DNA of 58,557 nt from Bdellovibrionia bacterium (GCA_030432925.1 JAUILT010000004.1:1-58557), one strand, 5' to 3'. Positions 19,783 through 30,654 are shown, counted from the stretch's first letter. The notes: generated by a model from the sequence alone, not told the origin. Translations and numbers: made by a program.

Positions 19783-20343
19783 ATGGCTAAGACGTATCAC
19801 AAGATTAAAAGAACTGAGGATTTTGAAGCTAACTTTGAGCTAGACCTCTCGCCGATGTTGGCGTTAATGGTTTGCCTTATCCCCATTATGCTTTTGTCCA
19901 CGGTTTTTGTAAAAGTGACAGTCATTGATACGCCTCTTCCTCAGGTAGTGCAAAAAGCCATTGAGAATGATCGCAAAAAAAAGCAGCGGAGCGTGGAGAT
20001 TACTGTGGCTATGCATAAAAATAAAGAACTTCAACTATTGGTGACAGTGGATGGAAAGACATCGGTTAAAAAGAGCATCAAAGCCACGGCGAATGCTTGG
20101 AACTATAGTGATTTAAATGCAGAGTTGGTCAAGGTTAAGCAACAATATCCAAAAGTTTTTCAATTGAACCTGAATCCTACAAAAGAAGTTTCATACGATG
20201 AAATTGTCAAAATAATGGATGAGGTGAGAACTGTTAAAGATGAAAATATAAAACTTTATGTGACTGATGAGGACACTAAAGAAAAGGTCGAGACCAATAT
20301 CATGTTTCCAGATGTGATATTTGCAAATGTGTTGGAAGGGTAA
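19783..20343 (+). CDS. ExbD/TolR-family protein (AglQ/AglS-like)
   Basis: TM LDLSPMLALMVCLIPIMLL; YDEIVKIMD. The usual TM Asp is not evident. Confidence 0.8.
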   Translation: MAKTYHKIKRTEDFEANFELDLSPMLALMVCLIPIMLLSTVFVKVTVIDTPLPQVVQKAIENDRKKKQRSVEITVAMHKNKELQLLVTVDGKTSVKKSIKATANAWNYSDLNAELVKVKQQYPKVFQLNLNPTKEVSYDEIVKIMDEVRTVKDENIKLYVTDEDTKEKVETNIMFPDVIFANVLEG

Positions 20344-20347
20344 TGTC

Positions 20348-20860
20348 ATGAGAAGAGCTGTGGATAAATTTAAGCAAAATAATAAAAAAGCTACTTTCAC
20401 ACTTCAACTGACAGCTATGGTGGACATGTTCACTATTATGATTGTATTTTTGTTGAAAAGCTATTCTACAAGTGCTGTTCATATTACCCCTCAAAAAGGT
20501 TTAAAACTTCCTCATTCATCATCCTATACGCAGCCAGTGGAAGCTTTGAAGTTAGTAGTGTCTTTAGATGGAATTTACGTAGACGATAAGCAAATTGTTC
20601 CTATGGAAAATGGTGAGCTGGCTAAAGCTGACACAGACTCTAATGATCCGGATTTTATTAGAGGTCTTTATGAGGTTCTCAATCGAGAGGCAGAAAAATC
20701 TCGTGATATTGCGAAAGAAAATGAAGAGCATGAGTTTGAAGGTAAGGTGGTGATGCAAGCTGATTCTCGCTTGGCCTACGGCGTTCTTAAAAAAGTGATG
20801 TATACATCATCCATGGCGGGCTTCGCAGATATGAAGTTGGCCACAGTGAGTTTTGATTAG
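20348..20860 (+). CDS. ExbD/TolR-family protein (AglQ/AglS-like)
   Basis: LQLTAMVDMFTIMIVFLL with the conserved TM Asp; QADSRLAYGVLKKVMYT. Confidence 0.88.
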   Translation: MRRAVDKFKQNNKKATFTLQLTAMVDMFTIMIVFLLKSYSTSAVHITPQKGLKLPHSSSYTQPVEALKLVVSLDGIYVDDKQIVPMENGELAKADTDSNDPDFIRGLYEVLNREAEKSRDIAKENEEHEFEGKVVMQADSRLAYGVLKKVMYTSSMAGFADMKLATVSFD

Positions 20861-20872
20861 GAGAAAATGTAA

Positions 20873-23800
20873 GTGAAGTTACTGCACCGACAATTGACAG
20901 TTTTAGGTATATTGATCGCTTTCTGGGCAACACAGGCGATAGGGCAAGGCACTGCCGTAGGCAACACTCTTGATGCTCTTAAATATATCGAGGGTAACGA
21001 AACAGAAAATGAAAAACGAGCGGCAAAAACAGAGCTATTGGTGGCTGCTAGTGAAAAGCGGGCTCTTTCTCAGTTAAAGAAGCTGATTCGCAAGCATAAA
21101 GGGACTTATATTGAGGCTGATTTGTGGTTTCGAATGGCAGAACTTCATATGAGGCGCTCAAAAACGGAAAGATTTTTTGAACTTCACAGAAAATCTGAAA
21201 CTGTAGTGAATCTGGCTCCTCGAAAAGTTAAAAAAGCGTCTTCAAAAAGAGAAGTTGTTAAAGCTGTTGGAATTTACGAGAAGCTACAGAGAAATTTTAG
21301 AAAGTTTGAAAAAATGGACTTGGTGATTTTTAATAACGCTTTTGCTAGGCAAACGTTAGGGCAAACAAAGACGGCTTCTAGGTTATATAATGACCTGATT
21401 AAGCTATTTCCTAGGTCACCTCTTGTTCCAGATGCTCACTTAGCTATTGGAGAGATTCAGTTCGATAAACAGAAGTTTCAAGTGGCACTGACGCACTTTT
21501 TATCTATCGAAAATTATCCGACTTCTCGAGTTTTTCCATATGGAATGTATAAAGCTGCATGGACTTACTACAATTTAAGAAAAGAAGACTTGGGGTTAAA
21601 AAAGTTAGAGGAAGTTGTAGCTTTTGGAAAAATGGTTGAAGAAAAGGGTATTGACTCTAGGTTAGACTTAAGAAAAGAAGCCTTGGCAGATATGACAATC
21701 TTTTTTGAAGATGTTTACCCGTCGACAAAAGCATATAGTTATTTTTCACAACAGGCTGGAAGCCTGCCGGTGACGCCAGTAATATTGAAATTGTCGTACA
21801 TTTACGACCGCCATAGCCGTTATCAAGATAAGCTGACAGTTCTGACAGATCTTATGGACAAACAGCCTTATGCTCAACTGATTCCTGAAGTTCATGATCA
21901 GCTGATTTGGAACTACGAAAATATGAAAAAGCGAGAATTAGCTGTTAAGCAAATGGAAAAATTCTATGAAACCTGTGAACCCGATAGTCGTTGGACGCGC
22001 AGGCAGTTCAAAATTGCTGAAACTGAATACAAAGTAGCTTTACAGACGCCAGATAAGGGAGTTGAGAAGCCCAAAATTGAAACCATTGCCAACGATTGTC
22101 AAAAAATGATCAATGCAACGTCTCTGAAATTAGCAGGGAAGTGGTTAAGAACTTGGAAAAAGAATAAGGGATATCCTATTTTTGCCGAATCTGCTGAAGC
22201 GGCTTATGCTATTTACCTAAGAAAGTCTAAACCCTCTAAGGTAGCAAATAAAGCTCGCTTCACCTACGCGGAGCTCTTATTTCAAAGAAAAAAGTTTCGT
22301 GAGGCGAGTGCTCAGTATGCTCAAACAGCTGAAAATACCAAAGATAAAAAGTTAAAACATGATTCTGGTTATGCGGCGCTTTTGTCTTTAGAAAAGTCAG
22401 CGGGTGATCAGTGGTCATCTTCTGATGAAGAGCTTTTCAAAAAACTAGCAAAGGCTTACGTAAATGCCAATCCTAATGGAGAGTTTCGGTTAGATATTGA
22501 GTTTAAAATTGGTCTCATAGCCTACGAGAAAGAAAGATACGATGAAGCAGCTCCCATTTTTCTGGGATTGGGAAGAAAATACGGGAAAACTGAAAAGGGT
22601 TTGAAGGCTCAAGATTTGTATTTGGATATTTTGAATATTAAAAAAGACTATGCGGCCTTAACAGCTTTTTCAAAAGAACTTTTAAGCACTGGGGGAAGTC
22701 AAGAGCGCCTCGATAAATTGAGCAGGGTCTATCAACAGGCGTGGTTTTTACAGATCCAACATCTGGAAGAAAAAAAGGAGTACGCCAAAGCAATTACTGA
22801 ATATCAAAAATTCACAAAAGAAAATCCAAACTCCATACTCTCTGAAAAAGCTTGGTGGAATGTCACGCAATTACTTTATAAAACCCTTAGATTCGATGAG
22901 GCAGCAGCTTCAAGCCTAATATTTTATAATAGATACCCTAAAGCCAAACAAGCTCAAGATGCTCTCTTGAAGGCAGCCCAAACCTATGAGTCATTGGGGC
23001 AGTTGAATCAGGCTGTAGTTGTTTTACAAAAGCTAATGAAAGTAGATGTGGCTAATAAAGAAAAGTGGATGACTTTGGCTGCAGACTTTTCTTTTTTGAG
23101 TCATCAAAGGGAAAAATCTAAAAAGTGGTATAAGGAGTTACTGAAGTCAGAAAATCCTGAGGTATCTTCAAAGGCTTTGGAGCAATTACTAAAAATTGCA
23201 GATATTGAAAGTGACCAAGAGACTATTAAAAAATATCAGGCTGAGGCTTTGATCCAAAATGTGCAGCCTCGAGCGAGTTTAGTTCAGTTAGAGCGAGTAG
23301 AGGTGTTGTATAAATCTGGTCAGGCCAGTGAGGCATTTACTCAAGCAAAAAAGGTTTTGAATATGGGAGAGGCAGCCTCTAAATATGCTAAATCTAAAGC
23401 TCGATTTATTCAAGCTCGGATTTTAGAGGATGAGTTCCGAAGGCAAAGCGTAAAGACGCGTGTAGAGCGGGTGGCTCTGGTTTTAGGAATGAAAACTGAA
23501 AAGCTAGAGAAAACACAAAGGGCTTATCAGTCAGCGATGAGGTATGGAGATCCTTATGTGGCTGTTGAATCGCTGCAAAGATTGGCGAACCTTTATCAGA
23601 CTTATGTGAATGACCTGAAAACAATGCCTTTGCCCACGGGATTAACAGCCAACGATGAGCCAACATTTCGTGGAGAAATATCTCAACTTTCGATTCCTCT
23701 AGAGGAGAAGAGTGTAGAGACTATGGCAAAGGCCTTGGAGGCCGCTAAAGATTTGGAGATAAGAGATGGAACCATTGCAGAACTTCGACAAAAGCTGGAT

Positions 23801-23890
23801 GACCTCAATATGAAGCCCAACACTCGTCTCAAGCTAAATATTGAACCGGCCCGTTTGTCTGTTCCTGTGGTGAAAGGGGTGGGATCATGA
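20873..23890 (+). CDS. Large periplasmic TPR protein, AgmU/GltD-like gliding component
   Basis: Signal peptide, extensive TPRs, C-terminal LSIPLEEKSVE helix; directly after the motor genes. Confidence 0.75.
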   Translation: MKLLHRQLTVLGILIAFWATQAIGQGTAVGNTLDALKYIEGNETENEKRAAKTELLVAASEKRALSQLKKLIRKHKGTYIEADLWFRMAELHMRRSKTERFFELHRKSETVVNLAPRKVKKASSKREVVKAVGIYEKLQRNFRKFEKMDLVIFNNAFARQTLGQTKTASRLYNDLIKLFPRSPLVPDAHLAIGEIQFDKQKFQVALTHFLSIENYPTSRVFPYGMYKAAWTYYNLRKEDLGLKKLEEVVAFGKMVEEKGIDSRLDLRKEALADMTIFFEDVYPSTKAYSYFSQQAGSLPVTPVILKLSYIYDRHSRYQDKLTVLTDLMDKQPYAQLIPEVHDQLIWNYENMKKRELAVKQMEKFYETCEPDSRWTRRQFKIAETEYKVALQTPDKGVEKPKIETIANDCQKMINATSLKLAGKWLRTWKKNKGYPIFAESAEAAYAIYLRKSKPSKVANKARFTYAELLFQRKKFREASAQYAQTAENTKDKKLKHDSGYAALLSLEKSAGDQWSSSDEELFKKLAKAYVNANPNGEFRLDIEFKIGLIAYEKERYDEAAPIFLGLGRKYGKTEKGLKAQDLYLDILNIKKDYAALTAFSKELLSTGGSQERLDKLSRVYQQAWFLQIQHLEEKKEYAKAITEYQKFTKENPNSILSEKAWWNVTQLLYKTLRFDEAAASSLIFYNRYPKAKQAQDALLKAAQTYESLGQLNQAVVVLQKLMKVDVANKEKWMTLAADFSFLSHQREKSKKWYKELLKSENPEVSSKALEQLLKIADIESDQETIKKYQAEALIQNVQPRASLVQLERVEVLYKSGQASEAFTQAKKVLNMGEAASKYAKSKARFIQARILEDEFRRQSVKTRVERVALVLGMKTEKLEKTQRAYQSAMRYGDPYVAVESLQRLANLYQTYVNDLKTMPLPTGLTANDEPTFRGEISQLSIPLEEKSVETMAKALEAAKDLEIRDGTIAELRQKLDDLNMKPNTRLKLNIEPARLSVPVVKGVGS

Positions 23891-24834
23891 ATCGCACACT
23901 ATTGAAATTAATATTACTGGGATTCGTATTGATATCTGTTGGTTGTGCCAACAATGGTGTCAAAAAGGGTAAGACGGCGAGTGAATCTGCTGTTTACTTA
24001 AAGGGTATTCATTCAAAGATATTGGATCCAACAACAAAAAACAAAACGCTTTCTTGTAAGGTGCAGTCAGAAATAAAAGAAAAAAGCTGGGTAAAGATTG
24101 TGGCTTGGGCCAATGATTGTGTTCAATTGGGCCATTTTAAGCAGGTGGAGTTCTATGGTAATTACTTAGCGAAAAACCATCATATGGGACCTTGGGGGGC
24201 CTATTTTCTCAGTTTAGCGGCTGAGAATAGAGGAGAAGTGGATCGAGCTCTCTGGATGATCGAACTGGCATTAAAGAAAACACCTAATGAAGGTTTACTT
24301 TTATATCAAAAGGGACGTTTAACTTGGGCTGCCAAAGAGTTCGAAGTGGCTGTTAAAATATTTGAGAGAGCTTTAAAACTTAGGCCTGACCTTTTGGGGG
24401 CTCGAATGATGTTGGGGCAGCTTTATTACCGAGATCAAGAGTTTGCTCAAGCAAAAAAACACTTTTCTGTAGCTGTTAAACTTGACAACCGTATGACAGA
24501 TGCCTGGGTTGGACTGGCTGAATGTGAGCTGGAGAACGGTAACGCTGAAGCGGCTCTTGCATCTCTAGAAAAGGCTATTGATTTAGCTCCTAAAAACTTG
24601 GATTACCGAATGCGTGAAGCTTTTGTTTATGAGAGAGTCATCAAAAATAATCAGCAAGCCCTCTCTGCATATAAGAATATTCGTAGAATGGGGAGACGCC
24701 TTGGAATGACACCGTCTGTGACAAAGCAGTTGAACGAAAAGATTGAACAGTTAAAAAGTCAAGTTGCCAGGGAAACTCCAGGAGAGCAGGTGAGTCAAAG
24801 AAGCCCTGCCCGGGAAGAGGGGGTGTCCAAATGA
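23887..24834 (+). CDS. TPR lipoprotein, AglT/GltE-like
   Basis: Lipobox SVGC, TPR repeats, ATGA-coupled to neighbours. Confidence 0.7.
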   Translation: MNRTLLKLILLGFVLISVGCANNGVKKGKTASESAVYLKGIHSKILDPTTKNKTLSCKVQSEIKEKSWVKIVAWANDCVQLGHFKQVEFYGNYLAKNHHMGPWGAYFLSLAAENRGEVDRALWMIELALKKTPNEGLLLYQKGRLTWAAKEFEVAVKIFERALKLRPDLLGARMMLGQLYYRDQEFAQAKKHFSVAVKLDNRMTDAWVGLAECELENGNAEAALASLEKAIDLAPKNLDYRMREAFVYERVIKNNQQALSAYKNIRRMGRRLGMTPSVTKQLNEKIEQLKSQVARETPGEQVSQRSPAREEGVSK

Positions 24835-25076
24835 AGGTCTTAATATTTATTGCTATGTTATTCGTATATACAGATGTGCAAGCAGAAGATGGCAAGAAGG
24901 TTAGATACAAAAAAACTCAAAATGTCAGTTTTGATGGAACAGATATCGATGGGACTGTTAGAAGTCCCGATGGTGCCTATTTGGTACAGAAAAAGGGGAT
25001 TAAATTTTTGCCTTTGTATAAAGTCAAGAAACAGTTTGATGAGAGCATAAAGGAATCTGTGGATTACTTGAGGTAA
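24831..25076 (+). CDS. Small secreted gliding protein, CglF/GltF-like
   Basis: Signal peptide and SFDGTDIDGTVRSPDG motif resembling GltF; located between GltE-like and GltG-like genes. Confidence 0.7.
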   Translation: MKVLIFIAMLFVYTDVQAEDGKKVRYKKTQNVSFDGTDIDGTVRSPDGAYLVQKKGIKFLPLYKVKKQFDESIKESVDYLR

Positions 25077-25081
25077 GGGTT

Positions 25082-26581
25082 ATGAAAAGAGTTGAGTTGG
25101 AAGTCGAGCATAGCTATAAAAACCGATTCGTTGGAAAGCATCGGTTGAAGCCTACTGACGATATGACAGTGATGGGCTCATCAAGAAATGCACAGATTCG
25201 TTTATTGGGAGATGCTGTTGCTGGAATTCATGCCACTTTAGAGCATACAGATGATGGCTGGATACTTTCTGATTTGGGGAGTGACAAAGGTACTTGGATT
25301 AAAAAGAGACCTATTGTACAGCAGCAGATTCGAGGCACAGTGAGTGCGAATATTGGTGGTCATGTCATCAAAATGACTCCTCATGAGATCAATAGCGATA
25401 TTTTCAAGACAGATAAAGCCATAACCTCTCAAGGAAATCAGATGTTTCATCAGGTGATTTTGAGAAAGCGTGGCATGGTTGTGGAGTCCATGTTGTTGCC
25501 TCAGGAAGAGGAGTATAGATATTCACATGGTGATACATTCACTATTATCAAGGCGCCAACGAGCAAAGATAAGTGGGTGACTAAAAGTATTGGTGAAGTC
25601 ACTATTCAAAGTAGGCTGACTAGTTCAGATCATATGCAACTTTCTGGCAAAGAAAAAATAGCTGGACTTGTTGACCCATCATTAAGAGCTCCCCTTGGTG
25701 GAGCTGTGCTGCTACTTATGTTATTTTTTGCCATCATTTTATTTGCCCCCATGAAGCCCAATGAGGATTTAGTAGAGTTAAAGCCAGAAAAAAACCCTTA
25801 CACGCGAATGATTTTTGATGCCAAAAAAATTAAGAAGAACAAGAAAAAAGCAGTCAAGATTACCAAAAATATCAAAGGGCATACAAAAAAGGCTCAAACA
25901 AAAACTCCTGTAAATGTAGCAAAATCTAGCGCTAAAAAGAAACCCAGCAAGAGGGCAGCTAAAGTGGTTAGCAAAATTAAAGCAGCGGGACTTGGTCAAT
26001 TGATTGGGAAAATTTCAAAACGTGCCGCTAAAACAGCCACTTTTGTGCAGGCCTCAGGAAGATCGCCAGACTCTAAGGGTACAGGTCGGGCTCTCGGCTT
26101 GGCTGGAAGTGCTACACTTGGAAAGACTGGAAAAATTGGTGGCTCTGCGGGAGAAAAAATTGGTGGTGTTAGTACGGCTGGAAAAGGGGGAGGCAGCTCT
26201 GCCTATAAAGGTATTGGAGGATTGGCTCAAGGAAATGTGGGCAATGCTGAGGTCGGTGTGCTCGAAGAGGAAACTGAAGTTCAAGGTGGCTTGGAGCGTG
26301 AGGTGATTGCCAGATATATTAAATCCCAGTTAGGGCAGATTCGTTATTGTTACGAAAGGCAGCTGAGTGCTAGTCCTGATTTGTACGGAAAAGTAAAAGT
26401 AAAGTTTACTATTGGTGCTGCGGGCAGTGTGGTGGCCCAGGCAATCAATGCAACATCATTAAAGAACGCCATGGTTGAAGGATGTATCTTGAGGCGTATT
26501 GCAGGTTGGCGGTTTCCTAGGCCAGAGGGCGGAACACAGGTCAACGTTTCCTACCCTTTTCTCTTCAAGAGTACGAAGTAG
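25082..26581 (+). CDS. FHA-TM-TonB_C-like protein, GltG/PglI-like
   Basis: N-terminal FHA (GSSRNAQIRL...HA...DLGSDKGT), TM helix, Lys/Gly-rich linker, C-terminal IRYCYERQL...GCI...WRFPRPEGG...YPF. Confidence 0.85.
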   Translation: MKRVELEVEHSYKNRFVGKHRLKPTDDMTVMGSSRNAQIRLLGDAVAGIHATLEHTDDGWILSDLGSDKGTWIKKRPIVQQQIRGTVSANIGGHVIKMTPHEINSDIFKTDKAITSQGNQMFHQVILRKRGMVVESMLLPQEEEYRYSHGDTFTIIKAPTSKDKWVTKSIGEVTIQSRLTSSDHMQLSGKEKIAGLVDPSLRAPLGGAVLLLMLFFAIILFAPMKPNEDLVELKPEKNPYTRMIFDAKKIKKNKKKAVKITKNIKGHTKKAQTKTPVNVAKSSAKKKPSKRAAKVVSKIKAAGLGQLIGKISKRAAKTATFVQASGRSPDSKGTGRALGLAGSATLGKTGKIGGSAGEKIGGVSTAGKGGGSSAYKGIGGLAQGNVGNAEVGVLEEETEVQGGLEREVIARYIKSQLGQIRYCYERQLSASPDLYGKVKVKFTIGAAGSVVAQAINATSLKNAMVEGCILRRIAGWRFPRPEGGTQVNVSYPFLFKSTK

Positions 26582-26649
26582 AAAAAAGGTTGGGAAACCC
26601 ATTTTGGAAGGCAATAAGGTTGGAGTGAAGGCTCCAGGAGGATACATCT

Positions 26650-27399
26650 ATGAAACAGAAGTTTTTAAAAGCCATGCTTTTGAGTTTATTGATAGGCTCT
26701 ATTTCTGCATGGTCTCAGCAAAAACCTAATAATAAAGTTCCTGTTGCACCTCAAAGAGATGGAAAGGTAGATATTTCAGATCTAGAGAATAAGTATTGGG
26801 CTCCAAAAGACACGGATTTTAGTGTTGTACAGAATAGGACATACACGAAGACAAAAAGAGTCTCTTTGTCGTTGATGCCAGCCCTGTTATTGAGAGATAG
26901 TTATAGTGAGGGTGTGGGGCTCAATGCAACTCTCAACTACTACTTTTCTGAGAGAAGTGGAGTGGAGTTGTCTTATTTAAAAATTACTCCTGAAAATTCA
27001 GACACCATTTCTGGTTTTGACAACCAGTATGGAGGACTCATACCGGATCATGGAAAGATAGATTCATTAATTGATTTAGGTTACAACTATGTTCCCTTTT
27101 ATGCAAAAGTCAGCGTTTTGGGTAAGAGGATCATCTACTTTGATATGATGTTCACCCCCACAGTGGGAATGGTAGGGTATGATATCCAGTTGCGATCGGG
27201 CAATGAATCAGAGTCCACGTTTTCCTATGGGTTTGACATCTCTCAGCACTTTTTTTTAAGTGAGCGCTGGACAGTCCGGATGGATATTAAAAATCGCTGG
27301 TATAATGAAGATAGGAAAGTATGGAATACCGGAGTTAGTACGGGCTCTATTTTTAAGAATACAACATTCTTTAACCTGGGAGTGCAGTTCTTTTTTTGA
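26650..27399 (+). CDS. Outer-membrane beta-barrel protein of the gliding cluster (GltA/B/H-like)
   Basis: Signal peptide, VVQNRTYTK, PFYAK, terminal strand NLGVQFFF. Confidence 0.75.
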   Translation: MKQKFLKAMLLSLLIGSISAWSQQKPNNKVPVAPQRDGKVDISDLENKYWAPKDTDFSVVQNRTYTKTKRVSLSLMPALLLRDSYSEGVGLNATLNYYFSERSGVELSYLKITPENSDTISGFDNQYGGLIPDHGKIDSLIDLGYNYVPFYAKVSVLGKRIIYFDMMFTPTVGMVGYDIQLRSGNESESTFSYGFDISQHFFLSERWTVRMDIKNRWYNEDRKVWNTGVSTGSIFKNTTFFNLGVQFFF

Positions 27400-27503
27400 T
27401 TTGAAACAGTTTTTTTCAAAATACTCGGTATGTAAGCTCTCAAAAATTTCGAAGCAGTCTTTTGAAGGCCGCTTCTGGTGCCTTTCAAAAAAAGGGGAGA
27501 GTT

Positions 27504-30008
27504 ATGAAGGCCGTTTATTTAGCCGCGATCATCTACTGTATGGTCAGTCTGGTGACGATCAATTCAGCCGATGCCCGTCCGGTGAACCCGGTGGGGGCAG
27601 TGTCCGAAAGTGCGTTGACAGAGGGCCCTCAGGTCGAAGCCAAAACCAGTCAGTGGGACAAGGTGAAAAACACCGTTTCCAGCTGGTATGACAAGGCCAA
27701 AACCAGCTTTTTTGGTAACTCCCCCAAAACGACCAAAGGTTCGTCAATTGCGAATAAAAAGGCTCAACCTCCAAAGCCAGATCCGGTAAAGGAGCTGACG
27801 GCTCAGTTGCCTGACTACAAAACAAAAGACAAGGGTGTCAGTCAAAAGGACATTGATGCTGCTCAAAGGCAGATTTCTGAAGGTGCCACACGGGTGGCGA
27901 CTCCGGGACGTGCTGCCGATGCGAGTCTACCTACAAACAAGTTGGGAATTCCTCAAGTACCCGCTACGGATGCAAAGCAGGTTCAGGGGAAAGGTGGAAA
28001 AACCACAACCATCCGGGTTGCAAAAAAGAAGATTCCTTTACTGAATGTGGGGCTGGAAGGCACTCTGGAACTCAATGAGTTTATGCTTCCCAACTTCAAG
28101 CTGGCAAAAGTTCCCGAAAAAAATGCCAAGGCACTCAAAACGCCAAAGTTGATGAGCAAAAAACAGCTGGATAAAACATTGAAGAAATACCCAGTGAAAA
28201 AAATTGCTGCCAGTAAAGACCCTCGTAAAGAGGCTAAAATGAAGTCTGAGCTAGTGACACAAAAAATGATCGACGCAATTATGTTAGCTATGGATCCCGA
28301 CAAACCAGTCAATGAAATGGAGTACCATGGGTTTTCCAAGGCGGACATAAAAATGCTGGCAGCAGTGATTCTTAATCAGGGGTGGAAGAACTGTGAAGCT
28401 GTGATGGGTCTGTTTTACGATTTAAAAAAAGAAATTGATAAAAGTAAAGAGAGTGAATTTCATATAGGTGCATGTGCGGCAAAACTTAAGTTATATACAA
28501 CAGCATTTAAGTATCTTGGGCAGTTGATTCGTGAAGAGAATACTATTTACGCAGAAAGAGCTTTGAGCCTGTTGGCAGAAGAACTTCCACGAGATCTTGA
28601 ACCTAAGTTCGCAACCATGATTTTGAAGTTAAAAAATAAATCTATTATCACTCAAAACGTTCAGGATGCTGTTTATTATCGAGTTGCTAAAGGTGCTTAT
28701 GATGGCCGTCAATTTAAGGAGGCAAAAAATTATGCATCTAAAGTTTCTGAAAAATCTAAATTTGGTCTTGATGCTTTGTATGTTTCAGCTATCTCCGACT
28801 ACGCGTTGGGAAGAAAAAATACGGCAGCAAAACAGCTAGAGCAGCTGATTGTTAAAGCCAAGGAAAATAAAGAGAAAAATAAAGAGATGATGTCTTTGGC
28901 ATCTATTAACCTGGGTCGTATTCGTTTTACACAAGAAAAATTTGAACAGTCTCTAGCTTACTTTAAAGGTGTTCATAAAAACACTTCACTTTGGGTGCGG
29001 GCCCTTGTCGAGCAGGGGTGGGCTCAATTGATGATGGGTGATGCTCCTGGAGCTATTGGAAATATGTACTCTCTGCATTCACCTTATTTTACAGCTGTCT
29101 ACAAACCAGAGTCCTACGTGGTGAGAACTATAGGTTATTTAAATATTTGTCAGTATGGAGATGCCTACAAGACATTAAGTCTTCTTGAAAATGACTACCG
29201 TCCCTGGCAAAGTGCTGTGGCCAGCTATATTCAGAGCAAGCCGGCTTCGACTTCTTTTTACCATACAGTAAAAAAATACTTGATGGGCAAGAGTTCGTCG
29301 AATGTCGATGGGTTGCCCTATCAGGTGATTCGTGAAATGGCTCGGCAAAAGGGTTTTCTTAATGCTCAGGGATCCATTAACGAAAAGTTTGATGAGAAAC
29401 AAAGATATGAGAATGTTTACTCAGCAATTAGAAAGAAAAAGGCTAACTATAAATGGCGTCGAAATAAAGCGAGAGAGCGTCTCAAGAAGGCTCATGCTCT
29501 ACTGAATAAATCTAAAACTGACAACTCTTTAGCTCCTCAGGTCAATACGTTGAAAGCCCAGGTGAGAAATGAGTCTCGATTGATAACTAGCTATGATTAT
29601 TTAATTTATCTCATGGGTGAGAGCCGTAGAAGCTATAAAACTATGTATCGGGCGGACAATAAAATTTTAGCTCGCTATAAAAAGCATCTCGAAAAAAAGG
29701 CCGGAGAGTCATTGGTTGCCCATTTAAAAAAGCTTGAAGTGGATATGGCAAGGATGCTCAGTAACAATGAGTTTTTGCGCTATGAAGTATTTGCTGGAAG
29801 TGGGCAGAATATCCGTTATCAGGTGGCTGGAGGAAATACTGCTAAGACACAAAGAATTCCAGCAAGTATTAAACCTGAGAAGTCTCTGAATTGGAGCTTT
29901 AGCGGGGAGTATTGGGAAGATGAAATTGGAGCCTACAGGTCTTCACTAAAGAATAACTGTCCGCAAATGGGTCATTATAACAGTTTGAAAAAAGATAGTA
30001 ATATTTAA
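27504..30008 (+). CDS. GltC-like TPR gliding protein
   Basis: ALVEQGWA, LHSPYF, YKPESY and C-terminal WSFSGEYWEDEIGAYRSSLKNNC, as in GltC-type proteins. Confidence 0.75.
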   Translation: MKAVYLAAIIYCMVSLVTINSADARPVNPVGAVSESALTEGPQVEAKTSQWDKVKNTVSSWYDKAKTSFFGNSPKTTKGSSIANKKAQPPKPDPVKELTAQLPDYKTKDKGVSQKDIDAAQRQISEGATRVATPGRAADASLPTNKLGIPQVPATDAKQVQGKGGKTTTIRVAKKKIPLLNVGLEGTLELNEFMLPNFKLAKVPEKNAKALKTPKLMSKKQLDKTLKKYPVKKIAASKDPRKEAKMKSELVTQKMIDAIMLAMDPDKPVNEMEYHGFSKADIKMLAAVILNQGWKNCEAVMGLFYDLKKEIDKSKESEFHIGACAAKLKLYTTAFKYLGQLIREENTIYAERALSLLAEELPRDLEPKFATMILKLKNKSIITQNVQDAVYYRVAKGAYDGRQFKEAKNYASKVSEKSKFGLDALYVSAISDYALGRKNTAAKQLEQLIVKAKENKEKNKEMMSLASINLGRIRFTQEKFEQSLAYFKGVHKNTSLWVRALVEQGWAQLMMGDAPGAIGNMYSLHSPYFTAVYKPESYVVRTIGYLNICQYGDAYKTLSLLENDYRPWQSAVASYIQSKPASTSFYHTVKKYLMGKSSSNVDGLPYQVIREMARQKGFLNAQGSINEKFDEKQRYENVYSAIRKKKANYKWRRNKARERLKKAHALLNKSKTDNSLAPQVNTLKAQVRNESRLITSYDYLIYLMGESRRSYKTMYRADNKILARYKKHLEKKAGESLVAHLKKLEVDMARMLSNNEFLRYEVFAGSGQNIRYQVAGGNTAKTQRIPASIKPEKSLNWSFSGEYWEDEIGAYRSSLKNNCPQMGHYNSLKKDSNI

Positions 30009-30012
30009 GGAG

Positions 30013-30654
30013 ATGAGGATGAGATTAATAACTACAACCAGTCTGGCCATGACATTTATTATTTCGACAGCTTTTGCTGAGACGAATATAGATGAAAGTA
30101 TAGAGCAATTGAAAACCAATGTGGATAATGCAAAATCCAACTATGAGCAGTATAACGAAAATGCAAAAATTGCTGATAAGAATTTTAGTACGACAACTCA
30201 AGCCATTGAGGTTTTGAAAAATCAAAAAAAGCAAGTTCTTAAAACTGATGTAAACATTGATGAAAATCAAAAAGTTCTGGATCAAGTGAAAGTTCAACTC
30301 AAAGGACTCAAGTCTAAGGAGCAAAAGAAATTCGATGAAGAGCAGAAACAGGTGCAAAAGTTAGAGGCTCGTTTAAACGATCTAAAAAAGAATTTGGAGA
30401 AGCGTAAGCTTAACCTTCAGGCCTATGATCGTAAAATGACTGAAATTGATAAGGAAAAGAAAGACTGGGAGTTCCAAAGAAAAAACATGCAGAACCTTGT
30501 CTCTCAGATTCAAGAAAAACAAAAGCAAGCAGAGGCTGAAAAAGTGACCTGGGGTCAAAAGAAAAAATCTTATGAGGCTGAGGCAAAAAAGTGGAAAAAA
30601 GCGAGTAAGACCGCCGAAAAGCAGTTGGCTCACATTGAAAAAATAAAAAACTAA
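30013..30654 (+). CDS. Secreted coiled-coil protein
   Basis: Signal peptide; K/E/Q heptad-rich throughout; last gene of the gliding cluster. Confidence 0.7.
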   Translation: MRMRLITTTSLAMTFIISTAFAETNIDESIEQLKTNVDNAKSNYEQYNENAKIADKNFSTTTQAIEVLKNQKKQVLKTDVNIDENQKVLDQVKVQLKGLKSKEQKKFDEEQKQVQKLEARLNDLKKNLEKRKLNLQAYDRKMTEIDKEKKDWEFQRKNMQNLVSQIQEKQKQAEAEKVTWGQKKKSYEAEAKKWKKASKTAEKQLAHIEKIKN

